DNA of 24,000 bases from Candidatus Kuenenia stuttgartensis (GTDB lineage: Bacteria; Planctomycetota; Planctomycetia; Isosphaerales; Isosphaeraceae). Positions 1-8,402 of this stretch are shown here, one piece after another. Positions within the stretch are counted from its first letter, which is position 1. The number at the start of each line of letters is the position of its first letter. The notes under the pieces are model-generated. The model did not search any database. It had not been told where the DNA came from and saw only the letters and a list, made by a program, of their open reading frames with translations. A program made the position numbers and the translations under genes. The stretch lies in NCBI GenBank assembly GCA_945865635.1, contig CAMBEP010000032.1:16021-40020 (forward strand). Direction: 5' to 3'.

Positions 1-227
1 TGCTCAACGGTACGTGGCATTCGGGTTTTGCATGATTTGGTCATTTTTGCAAAATAGTGGAAGGATTTTGTGAAGTGTGTTTGTGCTTCATTGGGGAATG
101 GTTGGGGTGGTCAGGACATCGATGGCAGATTGCCATGCGGACCAAGAAATTCTAGTGAATTCCAAACTTTCAAGATCTTTCTGGGAGGGGTCGTTTGGTC
201 GTTGCAGGCATGGATTTTGGTAGTTAA

Positions 228-1925
228 ATGGATGAGCCGGGCATGACGAGTTCTGGGGTATGTCTGGATGATTGGCTTGACGCGACATCAAAGTTCGTGA
301 AAATGGTTTATATCGATGAAAGTGGCCCCGATGGGTCTTGGAAAATCAGGACGATTTCAAGACTTTCACAAGCATCGTTTGGTCACGGACAGTTCTCTTC
401 AGCGGATCCATTCATGAGCGACTTGACACAGAATGAAGCCGGCCCCAGGCCGATTCGATGCTCACAGTGCGGTGAGATGGTGACGTCGCTTGATTTGAGT
501 GCGAATAGTCCGCCTGCCAATTGCACGTTTATCAAGACGGAAGTGCCCTGCCCCATGGTTTCCAGTGGAGAGGAGCACCGACCACTTGAAAATCAATTGC
601 AAGTGCCAAAATCTACCGATGAAACCACATTGATCGTTGCGGATCAGACGGTGAGCTCAGAGGTGGGCGGGATGCTGGGGGATGGGTTTCCGGTTGTGGA
701 CGACCTGGTTAATAGTGAAATTGGGCAATACTGGGTTGAGGAGATTATCGGCAGAGGGTCGATGGGGCGGGTTTATCGAGCCACGCATATGTCGCTTGAG
801 CGGCCCTGTGCCTTGAAGATCATGAGCCCGGGGCTATTGCGCCGCAAACCCCTGATTCGCGATCGATTTTGGGCTGAGGCTCGTGCCGTGGCTGGCTTGG
901 TGCATCCGCATATTGTTACAGTGCATAACCTTGGCGGTGCCAAAGGGTATCACTACATTGAAATGGAATTTGTGCCGGGCGGGGTGAGTCTACGTGAGGC
1001 GGTGGTTCAAAATGGGGCCCTTGAGATTCCAAGCGCTACGGACTTGATCCAGCAAGTCTGTTTTGCGCTTGAGGCCGCACATCGGTCGGGCCTTGTACAC
1101 CGTGATGTGAAGCCTGCCAATATTTTGCTGAGTGGCGAAGGCATGGCCAAGCTCGCCGACTTCGGGCTGGTTTTGAATGTTAACGACCCATCCGAGACGA
1201 CATCGGCGGTTTCTGGCACACCGACTTTCATGGCCCCTGAACTGTTTCAGGGAATTGCCGCATCGCCTCAATCCGATATTTACGCACTGGGTGTGACCTA
1301 TTTCTATCTCTTGACTGCCCAGTTACCCTACAGTTCGGACAATGTCCGGCAATTGATTCGGATGCATCGCACTGCGGCGATTCCTAATGCGAAGGCGGTC
1401 AATCCGGATGTGCCGGAACCGATCCAGAAGATTCTCGAACGCTGCATGGCGAAAAATCCGGAGGATCGGTATTCCACGGCTGAGGAACTGGCCAGCGAGC
1501 TTGAGGACCTTCTTTTTGATTATCAGGACATTGAGTCGATTGTTCGCGATAGTCTTGAGGGCGTAAATGGTCTGGTTCAAGGCGGTTTCGACCTTTGGCG
1601 AGTCAACATGCTCTTGCCCAGAGAGCGGCTTCAGGAAGTCTATCTCGAAATTGAGCGAGGCCCGCTGGGCCAGACCAGTCTGACGGTATACTCGGTTTGC
1701 GGGCCGGCGGATCCGAACGACTATGAGTTTGTGCTGAGGCTGAACAATGATCTGCCTTATGTTGGCATATCGATTCGTGATGTGAATGGTCAGGCCATGT
1801 TCATCATGACCAGAACTTTTGACAGGGCCAGCTTGAGGTCGACAGAAATTCGAAGTACTGTCTATGAAATTGCGCGACGAAGTGACTGGGTCGAAGAACA
1901 GTTGACCAAAATGGATCTGTATTAA
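228..1925 (+). CDS. Serine/threonine protein kinase with N-terminal Cys motif and non-kinase C-terminal domain
   Basis: 565-aa ORF with full kinase motifs: GRGSMGRVYRA (P-loop), ALKIM, HRDVKPANILL, ADFGLV, GTPTFMAPE. N-terminal RPIRCSQCGEMV. The start codon could be further downstream. Confidence 0.95.
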   Translation: MDEPGMTSSGVCLDDWLDATSKFVKMVYIDESGPDGSWKIRTISRLSQASFGHGQFSSADPFMSDLTQNEAGPRPIRCSQCGEMVTSLDLSANSPPANCTFIKTEVPCPMVSSGEEHRPLENQLQVPKSTDETTLIVADQTVSSEVGGMLGDGFPVVDDLVNSEIGQYWVEEIIGRGSMGRVYRATHMSLERPCALKIMSPGLLRRKPLIRDRFWAEARAVAGLVHPHIVTVHNLGGAKGYHYIEMEFVPGGVSLREAVVQNGALEIPSATDLIQQVCFALEAAHRSGLVHRDVKPANILLSGEGMAKLADFGLVLNVNDPSETTSAVSGTPTFMAPELFQGIAASPQSDIYALGVTYFYLLTAQLPYSSDNVRQLIRMHRTAAIPNAKAVNPDVPEPIQKILERCMAKNPEDRYSTAEELASELEDLLFDYQDIESIVRDSLEGVNGLVQGGFDLWRVNMLLPRERLQEVYLEIERGPLGQTSLTVYSVCGPADPNDYEFVLRLNNDLPYVGISIRDVNGQAMFIMTRTFDRASLRSTEIRSTVYEIARRSDWVEEQLTKMDLY

Positions 1926-1988
1926 GAGGGCTGGTGTCGAGCGAATCGACTTTCAGGCTTGTGCCTTTGCGATACGGAAATTCTCGAA

Positions 1989-2423
1989 ATGAACGACTTG
2001 CATGCTGCTGGTCTGATCATGGCCGCGATCGTTGCAGTCGCTGCGAGGATGCTTGGCCATTGGGAGAGGGTGCGATTGAGGTGGCCCCGTGAAGGGCCAC
2101 TCGATCGGCTATCGGACAGGCTTCGCCGAATGGGCCTTGCGATCATGTGGCTCGAAGGCTTGCTCATGGCGATTGGCTCGCAGATGCCCACCACACTAAA
2201 GGCAGATCGACTGCTTTTCGTCTCGATTTGGGCCTTGGTCGGAATTGTGGCGATTGTATTGGTGATGATCTCCATTTGTGATTCGGTGGTGCGACTGATG
2301 GCTCACCGGGTCCGATCTGCCGCAATCGCCCAGGTCTGGAATCAATGGGCAGAGAAGGCGGATCCGGATCAAATGGATGATCCAGACACAGAAGAGGCGG
2401 ATGATCCCTTTGACCAAGATTGA
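1989..2423 (+). CDS. Hypothetical membrane protein (about 144 aa)
   Basis: ORF between kinase and pseudopilin on the same strand. Hydrophobic segments AAGLIMAAIVAVAARML and LLFVSIWALVGIVAIVLVMISI. ATG at 1989 preferred over the TTG at 1959. Confidence 0.65.
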   Translation: MNDLHAAGLIMAAIVAVAARMLGHWERVRLRWPREGPLDRLSDRLRRMGLAIMWLEGLLMAIGSQMPTTLKADRLLFVSIWALVGIVAIVLVMISICDSVVRLMAHRVRSAAIAQVWNQWAEKADPDQMDDPDTEEADDPFDQD

Positions 2424-2432
2424 ACAAAAATC

Positions 2433-3371
2433 ATGAGTACCACCAACTCACGTTTCCAGCCGGCCTCTCGACCGATCAGGTGCTCAATCCGGCGCGGTGT
2501 CGCATTACCGGAAGTCGTTCTAGTGGTGGTAATTATAAGTCTGGGTTTCCTGCTTTTGCTATTCCGGATGCCGCGTGGTCGCGAACAATCAAGGGCCCTG
2601 ATCTGTTTGTCGAATCTTGGTCAGATTGGTCAGGCGATTTCTTATTACTCGCAGGCCACGGGCCAGTACCCCACCAGCCCAGGCTGGGGGCCGGGGGCGG
2701 CTGGGGCTGGAACAAGTGTGCTTTGGAACTCGCGTGATACGTTACAGGTGAAAGACTTTTCCAGTATTGCGAGCCAGTTGAAGGCTAAGAAGGCAGGTGA
2801 TGGGAAGGGTTTGCCATCGGTTGTTGTGGGTCTGAGATGTCCGTCGGACAGGGTGATGGAGCCACTCACAGCCACAAATTATCGTGCCAATGCAGGCGAC
2901 GATTCCACTGGAAGGAGCGGTCCGTTTGGAATTGGCCAGGTGGTCTCGCCGAAACAGGTCGAGGCAGGCGATGGACAGGCATTCACGGCTGCATTTGGCG
3001 AGCGCTTGATCGGGAATGGAAAACCGGAATCGTCGATGGCGAACTATCAGTTGACCGAGGACTGTGCATCTGCCATTGCAGCGAGTGTTGCGACCGACAA
3101 TGAGTCGCTCTGGAAAGGCAATGCCGGGCATGACTGGTCGCGCGGCGATTGGTCTCAATCGCTTTACCAGCATGGGATAACGCCGAACTGGCGGAGGTCT
3201 GCTGTGGCAATGGAAGGCAATTGCGGGCAGATGGGGTTGTCGAGCGATCACCCCGGCGTAGTGAATTTGCTGATGCTGGATGGGTCCGCCAAAGCTTGGA
3301 GAGATTCGGTCAACCCGAAAATCTGGAGCAAGCTGGGGCGGTTCGACGACGGCCAAACCGGCTCAAATTAA
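2433..3371 (+). CDS. Type II secretion/type IV pilin-like protein, DUF1559 family-like
   Basis: Prepilin-type N-terminus RRG|VALPEVVLVVVIISLGFLLLL with Glu at +5, then CLSNLGQIGQAISYYSQATGQYP. C-terminal DHPGVVNLLMLDGSAKAW is typical of planctomycete DUF1559 proteins. Confidence 0.85.
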   Translation: MSTTNSRFQPASRPIRCSIRRGVALPEVVLVVVIISLGFLLLLFRMPRGREQSRALICLSNLGQIGQAISYYSQATGQYPTSPGWGPGAAGAGTSVLWNSRDTLQVKDFSSIASQLKAKKAGDGKGLPSVVVGLRCPSDRVMEPLTATNYRANAGDDSTGRSGPFGIGQVVSPKQVEAGDGQAFTAAFGERLIGNGKPESSMANYQLTEDCASAIAASVATDNESLWKGNAGHDWSRGDWSQSLYQHGITPNWRRSAVAMEGNCGQMGLSSDHPGVVNLLMLDGSAKAWRDSVNPKIWSKLGRFDDGQTGSN

Positions 3372-3387
3372 ACAGATGGAGCAGCGG

Positions 3388-4455
3388 TTATTCTGAGGGT
3401 GGGCCATCACGCATTTCGGTAAGCCGTTTACGCAAGAAGCTGGCTCGAAGGACATTGCGTTCGTCAACGGCCAGGGTCTGACCGTGAATCTTTTGCAGGT
3501 GAGCGGGTTGGGTGTTGATAAATAATTCGTTGACCTGAGCGATCTCAAGATCGTCGATAAGGCCCAGATTGATTCCCATTCGCACGCTTGAGAGCAGGAG
3601 CATGGTCTCTTCGCTTGAGATGGTATGGGCTGTTTTCAAAACACCATAGGCCCGGCTGACTTGGTCGTGGAGCACTTGGCGACGCTCGGTCAAAAGGGTC
3701 TGGCGAGCTTTTCGCTCATATTCGATGAGCTGGGGGATGACGTCGGAGAGGCTTTTGATCAATTCTGGCTCACTTTTGCCCAGCGTCTGTTGATTTGAGA
3801 TCTGATAGAAATCGCCATAAGGCTGGGTGCCTTCACCGTGCAGGCCGCGCACGGAGAGGTTGATTTTTTGAAGGGCACGGAAGAATTTGTCGAGATGATT
3901 CGTCTGCCCAAGGGCGGGGAGGTGAAGCATGACACCGACCCGGATCCCGGTGCCGACATTGGTCGGACAGGCGGAGAGGTAGCCAAGTTCCTGGCTGAAA
4001 GCGATATCGAGGTGTTCTTCCAATCGGTTGTCGAGATCGTCGATCTGTTCCCAGGCTTGTAGAAGGGCGAATCCGGATCGCATGACCTGGACACGCAGAT
4101 GGTCTTCCTCGTTGACCATGATCGAGGCACTTTCGTCGTCGTTAAGTGCCACTCCGCGTGGGCCTTCGCCTTCTTTGAGCTCGCGCGAGATCAGGTGTCG
4201 TTCGACGAGGAACTGGCGGTCCAGTTCGCTCATGCGTTCGACGTCAAAGTAGTTCAGTTTGGAGTTGGATTCGCTGATTGACTCACGAATCTGGGTCACT
4301 ATCTCGCTTTTCTCGGACCGGCTGGCTTTCGAGATGAACGGGAAATCGGCCAGATTTCGCGCCAGCCTGATGCGTGAACAGATTACGATATCGCTTTCAG
4401 GACCATTTCCCTTGAGCCATTCGCCTGGAGAACGGGGCAGTTCGTCAAGTGTCAT
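3388..4455 (-). CDS. mcsB: Protein-arginine kinase McsB (ATP:guanido phosphotransferase)
   Basis: 355 aa. SDIVICSRIRLARNLADFPF, NDDESASIMVNEEDHLRVQ (NEEDH motif), CPTNVGTGIRVGVMLHLPAL. Located beside mcsA-like genes. Confidence 0.95.
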   Translation of the reverse strand: MTLDELPRSPGEWLKGNGPESDIVICSRIRLARNLADFPFISKASRSEKSEIVTQIRESISESNSKLNYFDVERMSELDRQFLVERHLISRELKEGEGPRGVALNDDESASIMVNEEDHLRVQVMRSGFALLQAWEQIDDLDNRLEEHLDIAFSQELGYLSACPTNVGTGIRVGVMLHLPALGQTNHLDKFFRALQKINLSVRGLHGEGTQPYGDFYQISNQQTLGKSEPELIKSLSDVIPQLIEYERKARQTLLTERRQVLHDQVSRAYGVLKTAHTISSEETMLLLSSVRMGINLGLIDDLEIAQVNELFINTQPAHLQKIHGQTLAVDERNVLRASFLRKRLTEMRDGPPSE

Positions 4456-4810
4456 CGCGTTGCTTCCGTTGATTCTTCCGTTCCTGCAGGCGGTCTCGCA
4501 GTTGGGCCGCCAATTCGTAATTCTGACTCACAATGGCTTGTCTGAGCTCGGCTTGCCAGCGCAGGGTTTCAAAGCGGCTTGGCCCTCGTTTCGGCCATTT
4601 TCCGACATGCAGCAGTGCGCTTTGATTGGTCTCGAAAAAGTGGGTGAGGGTTTCGCCAAAAACTTCGTAATCGAGCGGGCAACCGAGCCGTCCACCAGTC
4701 CGAAACTGCATCAAATCCTGGCCACACACGGTACATTTTGGATTCAAGGCGGCCGAGGTACTGCTTGTACCACTGTTGCCTGAGTCGGATTGAAAAGAAG
4801 CCATCCGCAT
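4445..4810 (-). CDS. McsA-like protein with UvrB/UvrC motif, short form lacking the N-terminal zinc finger
   Basis: CTVCGQDLMQFRTGGRLGCPLDYEVF, HVGKWPKR and C-terminal UVR-like LRQAIVSQNYELAAQLRDRLQE. Its end overlaps the mcsB start by 11 nt. Confidence 0.85.
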   Translation of the reverse strand: MRMASFQSDSGNSGTSSTSAALNPKCTVCGQDLMQFRTGGRLGCPLDYEVFGETLTHFFETNQSALLHVGKWPKRGPSRFETLRWQAELRQAIVSQNYELAAQLRDRLQERKNQRKQRDDT

Positions 4811-4909
4811 CCTGCCTGAGTTTGGAGCCAGTTTTGGATCATGTGGGAACCGCTAACAGGATACCAGTAATGACGCACTGAGGGCGAATAAACTTGGCAG
4901 TTTTCGGAT

Positions 4910-5434
4910 TCAACTGACAGATTTGCGGGATTCCAGCTCTTTGATCTGGTCTCTTACACGCGCCGCAAGTTCATAATCTTCAGCAGCGATTGATTTTTTG
5001 AGGTCGTTGCGGAGTTGTATCAACGAAGTCTGGGTCTGCGTGTCGCGTGGCGCCCTGTGCGGCGTTTTGCCACAATGGCGGGTCTCGTCGTGAATGTTTT
5101 CCAGCAACGGCATCAATTCTTCGCGAAAAATCACATAGTCGTTCGGGCAGCCGAGCCGGCCGGTGTTTCGGAACTCCTGAAACGTCATTTTGCAGAGTGG
5201 GCAAATACGCTTTTCAGTCGCAGATTCGCTAGCTACAGCCGATTTGCCAGACTGACTGATAAACGCTTTGGCAAGCTCGCTGACATCCTTCTTGGGCTTG
5301 TCGTCGATCTCATTCGATTCCTCAAGGAAGGTCTGTGCATGGTCATGACAAAGGTGGTGTTCCTGCCAATCCCCATTCTTGTCGATGTCGGTGATGTGAT
5401 GGGTCACCGGTTTGGAGCAGCGTTCACACTTCAT
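4910..5434 (-). CDS. mcsA: McsA-like activator of protein-arginine kinase, UvrB/UvrC motif-containing
   Basis: Start at ATG 5434: MKCERCSKPVTHHITDIDKNGDWQEHHLCHDHA, CPLCKMTFQEFRNTGRLGCPNDYVIF, LENIHDETRHCGKTPHR, and UVR motif LRNDLKKSIAAEDYELAARVRDQIKELE. Confidence 0.9.
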   Translation of the reverse strand: MKCERCSKPVTHHITDIDKNGDWQEHHLCHDHAQTFLEESNEIDDKPKKDVSELAKAFISQSGKSAVASESATEKRICPLCKMTFQEFRNTGRLGCPNDYVIFREELMPLLENIHDETRHCGKTPHRAPRDTQTQTSLIQLRNDLKKSIAAEDYELAARVRDQIKELESRKSVS

Positions 5435-5611
5435 GCTTATCTCTCGGGATATTTTCACCGCTAAGGCGATTCGGATCTTCTCATTATAAGGCCAAATCTC
5501 GACAGTCAACCAGCCGAAATCAGGCGAAGCCGAAATAATCGTTCAAAAACGATCGGCAACGCAGTCTCGGGCAATGCTTAATCATCGGGATTCAAAGGCT
5601 TGAACATCATC

Positions 5612-5645
5612 AAAAAAGAGCGGCCAGGTTTGGCTCGCTCTTTTT
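5612..5645 (-). terminator. Rho-independent terminator downstream of the PEP-CTERM gene (possibly bidirectional)
   Basis: caaaaaagagcggccaggtttggctcgctcttttt: AAAAGAGCG/CGCTCTTTT stem with a T-run on either strand. Lies just after the stop of the 5708..6952 gene. Confidence 0.75.
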
Positions 5646-5707
5646 CGCGATACGCAAGTGGATCGAAAGTCGCAAAAAACCACAACGACTTCCGATCGCG
5701 ATAAACC

Positions 5708-6952
5708 TTATTCCGCTCGTCTCTTGCGGGATCGGCTACGGGCAAAAGCCGCCAGAGCGATCCCCAGACCCAATGAAATCACGGATGCTGGTTCTGGCAC
5801 ATTGGTGGTCAAAATGTATCCGACCTGATTTCCTAAGGAATCCAGCGCCGAACCTGTGATGTATTGACCACTGGTTGAGATGCCATAGGCTGTGATCAGT
5901 TTGAAGCCAGGAGCAAACGTGATCCCCCATGCAGTTGTGGCATAGTCAGACAAAAGCAGTGCGCCACTGCCCGGAACCCAGATGCTCGCACTCATATTGC
6001 TATAATCTGGGGCGGCCGTGGTTCCGTTCCATGAGGTACCCACTATCAGAGGCTGATTCCCAAAAACCGCAATGTTGTCACTAACACTACGTGCACTGGC
6101 CTGGCTGAAGCCCAACGGCAGGCTGATGTCAATCAGAGTGTCACTGATCGTGCGATCGACCAAAAAAGCATGGCTAACAACATCGGATAGATTCTTTGTA
6201 CTGGATTCACCTACCAGGAAAGTGCCGTTGGTATTGATATCAAGCACCTTGCCATAGGGATTGGTTATGGTTGAGTCCAATACACCGTTGCCGAGCTGCT
6301 GTGTGCTATTGGCAACACCGACATTGGCAATCACTGCAACGCGTGGATTGCTGGTCGCCTGACCTGAATATCCAGACGTGCCGCCCACCAGCCCCGTATC
6401 AGAAACCGCCCCTGCCCATCCAAAATTTGCTGGAGGCGACTGCCAGGATGGACCTGTGACCTGACCCAGGAGCGTGGTGTTGGTTCCGTTTGAATTCCAG
6501 GAGACCATCTGGTTCGAGCCATAACCAACGACCGAAAGACCATTCGGGCTGATCGCCGAACCAATGGCGAAGCCTAGAACTGTATTCAGGTGCGTATAAC
6601 TCTGGGTGCCCGTGTCCCAGGCCATGGCTCCAGAAGTGGAACCATTGCTGAAATAGCCTGAGGCTTTCGTGCCATCTGAGCTAATGCTCAAGGCCCTGCC
6701 CTGAACGCCCAAAGCATAGGTAGTGGCACCGGTTGTGTAGGTAAAGGCCTGTTCATTCTGGCCCAGGTTGGTGGTTCCGACTGCTACCCCATTGTTGGAA
6801 ACACCAAATCCGATAGAACCTGCATAGGCTCCAGCGGTCGGGTTTGAAACCCCTGTCGAGAAATATTCCACTTGACCTGCTTCAGCCAGCCCAGCTGGAA
6901 GTGCCGTCAATAACCCACTGATCAAGATCGAAGCAAGGCGTCGAACCATCAT
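5708..6952 (-). CDS. PEP-CTERM sorting domain protein, HAF-repeat-like extracellular protein
   Basis: N-terminal signal peptide MMVRRLASILISGLLTALPAGLAEA. C-terminal VPEPASVISLGLGIALAAFARSRSRKRRAE (PEP, TM helix, basic tail). Confidence 0.92.
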   Translation of the reverse strand: MMVRRLASILISGLLTALPAGLAEAGQVEYFSTGVSNPTAGAYAGSIGFGVSNNGVAVGTTNLGQNEQAFTYTTGATTYALGVQGRALSISSDGTKASGYFSNGSTSGAMAWDTGTQSYTHLNTVLGFAIGSAISPNGLSVVGYGSNQMVSWNSNGTNTTLLGQVTGPSWQSPPANFGWAGAVSDTGLVGGTSGYSGQATSNPRVAVIANVGVANSTQQLGNGVLDSTITNPYGKVLDINTNGTFLVGESSTKNLSDVVSHAFLVDRTISDTLIDISLPLGFSQASARSVSDNIAVFGNQPLIVGTSWNGTTAAPDYSNMSASIWVPGSGALLLSDYATTAWGITFAPGFKLITAYGISTSGQYITGSALDSLGNQVGYILTTNVPEPASVISLGLGIALAAFARSRSRKRRAE

Positions 6953-7147
6953 GACAAAACCTCAACTATATTTGTGGACAAGGCTGCGAAAGATCAATCT
7001 CATCACGCAGTGACTTTCAAACCCGCATTACTAAAGATTCTAACCCCAAACATAACAGAAGACCACAACCGGAATCTCAATAGGGTGTAATTTGAACGGA
7101 ACGGATGGATTTGTTCAACAGCGTTGTAAAATGGAAACACCCAACCG

Positions 7148-8392
7148 CTACAGGCGTTCCAAGAGGCAGACTTCGACGTGGCCACCAAAACCAGCCACTA
7201 TTTTCAGGATATTGTCGATACGCTTCACGATCGGCACAGGACCAACAGGGCAACCAGGTGGATCAAACTCCAAAGTGCCATCATGGGCAAATGGCGGAAG
7301 TATCCCCTCTCTCAGTGATTCGCAACAAATGGCCAGCTCGACCGCACCAGCCGCTCCCAGACAATGCCCAATCTGGGTCTTGGATGCCAGCATAAACGCC
7401 GCCTGGGCCTGATTTGCGAGCGATCTCGAAACGGCCGCAGCTTCCAGAGGATCGTAGACTCTGGTTGCCGTGGCATGCAGGTGGACCGCTTCGATTTGCA
7501 CAGGATCAAGACACTGATGCACCACCTGACGGATCACCCGACTCAGTACATCCGACGAATCGTGTGGCCTGGTGGGATGATAAGCCTCGGCGCCTGCCGC
7601 CATGCGATCAATCTTCGCGATCGCCGTCCGGCCTGATCGAGTGACGTCTTCCGCTCGTTCCAGAACAAAAATTGCCCCACCTTCGCCGATCAGGAATCCG
7701 TTGCGGCGAGAGGACCATGGCCGAACCCAGGTTTCAGGCGACTCACCTGGAAAACTTGGTCCAGCCAACGACTTCATCCGCGTAAAAGCCGCATAAATCA
7801 AAGGTTCCAGTGAGGCGTCCGCCGCCCCTGCGAGAACAATATCGCAAGAGCCATGCTTCAAAAGCGCAGCAGCGTGCCTCAGAGCGGTCAGTCCGGTGGC
7901 GCAGGCTGTGATGGGCGCCAGAATTGGCCCTGTCGTGCAGTATCTTGAGGCGATGAATGAAGAGCCCGCCGACGGTGCGGCTACGGCCCATCCAAGCTTG
8001 CATGCAGCTACATCGCCTTGCATGGCCGAAGGATTCCCGGCCCAGCGGCTTTGCAGACGCACAGCTCCCTTGGAAAGCCCAACCACCACCGCGACGCGGG
8101 TCGGATCCCACTTGAGCGGATCCAGTGACGCGTCTGCCAAGGCTTCGTCGGCGGCCGATCCCAGAAGATTAAAAACCGGATCGGGCCAGTCTGGATCCAA
8201 ATCCTGGTCCAGAACTGTCACAGGATATCCGGCCCATGCCTGCTGGCCGTGCTGCTTGGAGTCCCAATGGCCCTGACCTACGGCATTCTCCCCAGCGCAG
8301 AGCCGCTGGAAAGTTGCCCTTCGACCCCAACCCAAGCTTGTGACCAGCCCTACGCCTGAAATCACGACGGATGAGAGGTTTGAATCCTGCAT
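7148..8392 (-). CDS. Beta-ketoacyl-[acyl-carrier-protein] synthase family protein (KAS I/II-like)
   Basis: SSVVISGVGLVTSLGWG; active-site TACATG; HATATRVYDPLEAAAV; KTQIGHCLGAAGAVELA. Start taken at ATG 8392, 10 nt after the bioB stop; the ORF extends to 8455. Confidence 0.9.
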   Translation of the reverse strand: MQDSNLSSVVISGVGLVTSLGWGRRATFQRLCAGENAVGQGHWDSKQHGQQAWAGYPVTVLDQDLDPDWPDPVFNLLGSAADEALADASLDPLKWDPTRVAVVVGLSKGAVRLQSRWAGNPSAMQGDVAACKLGWAVAAPSAGSSFIASRYCTTGPILAPITACATGLTALRHAAALLKHGSCDIVLAGAADASLEPLIYAAFTRMKSLAGPSFPGESPETWVRPWSSRRNGFLIGEGGAIFVLERAEDVTRSGRTAIAKIDRMAAGAEAYHPTRPHDSSDVLSRVIRQVVHQCLDPVQIEAVHLHATATRVYDPLEAAAVSRSLANQAQAAFMLASKTQIGHCLGAAGAVELAICCESLREGILPPFAHDGTLEFDPPGCPVGPVPIVKRIDNILKIVAGFGGHVEVCLLERL

Positions 8393-8402
8393 CAGGCCGC
8401 CA

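Noticed and set aside
2742-3356. 204-aa minus-strand ORF
   Set aside because: Antisense to the pseudopilin gene, which has a recognisable DUF1559-like sequence. The minus-strand translation has no family features.
4259-4783. 174-aa plus-strand ORF
   Set aside because: Antisense to the mcsB and mcsA-like genes, low-complexity and unconvincing translation. The minus-strand proteins are clearly recognisable.
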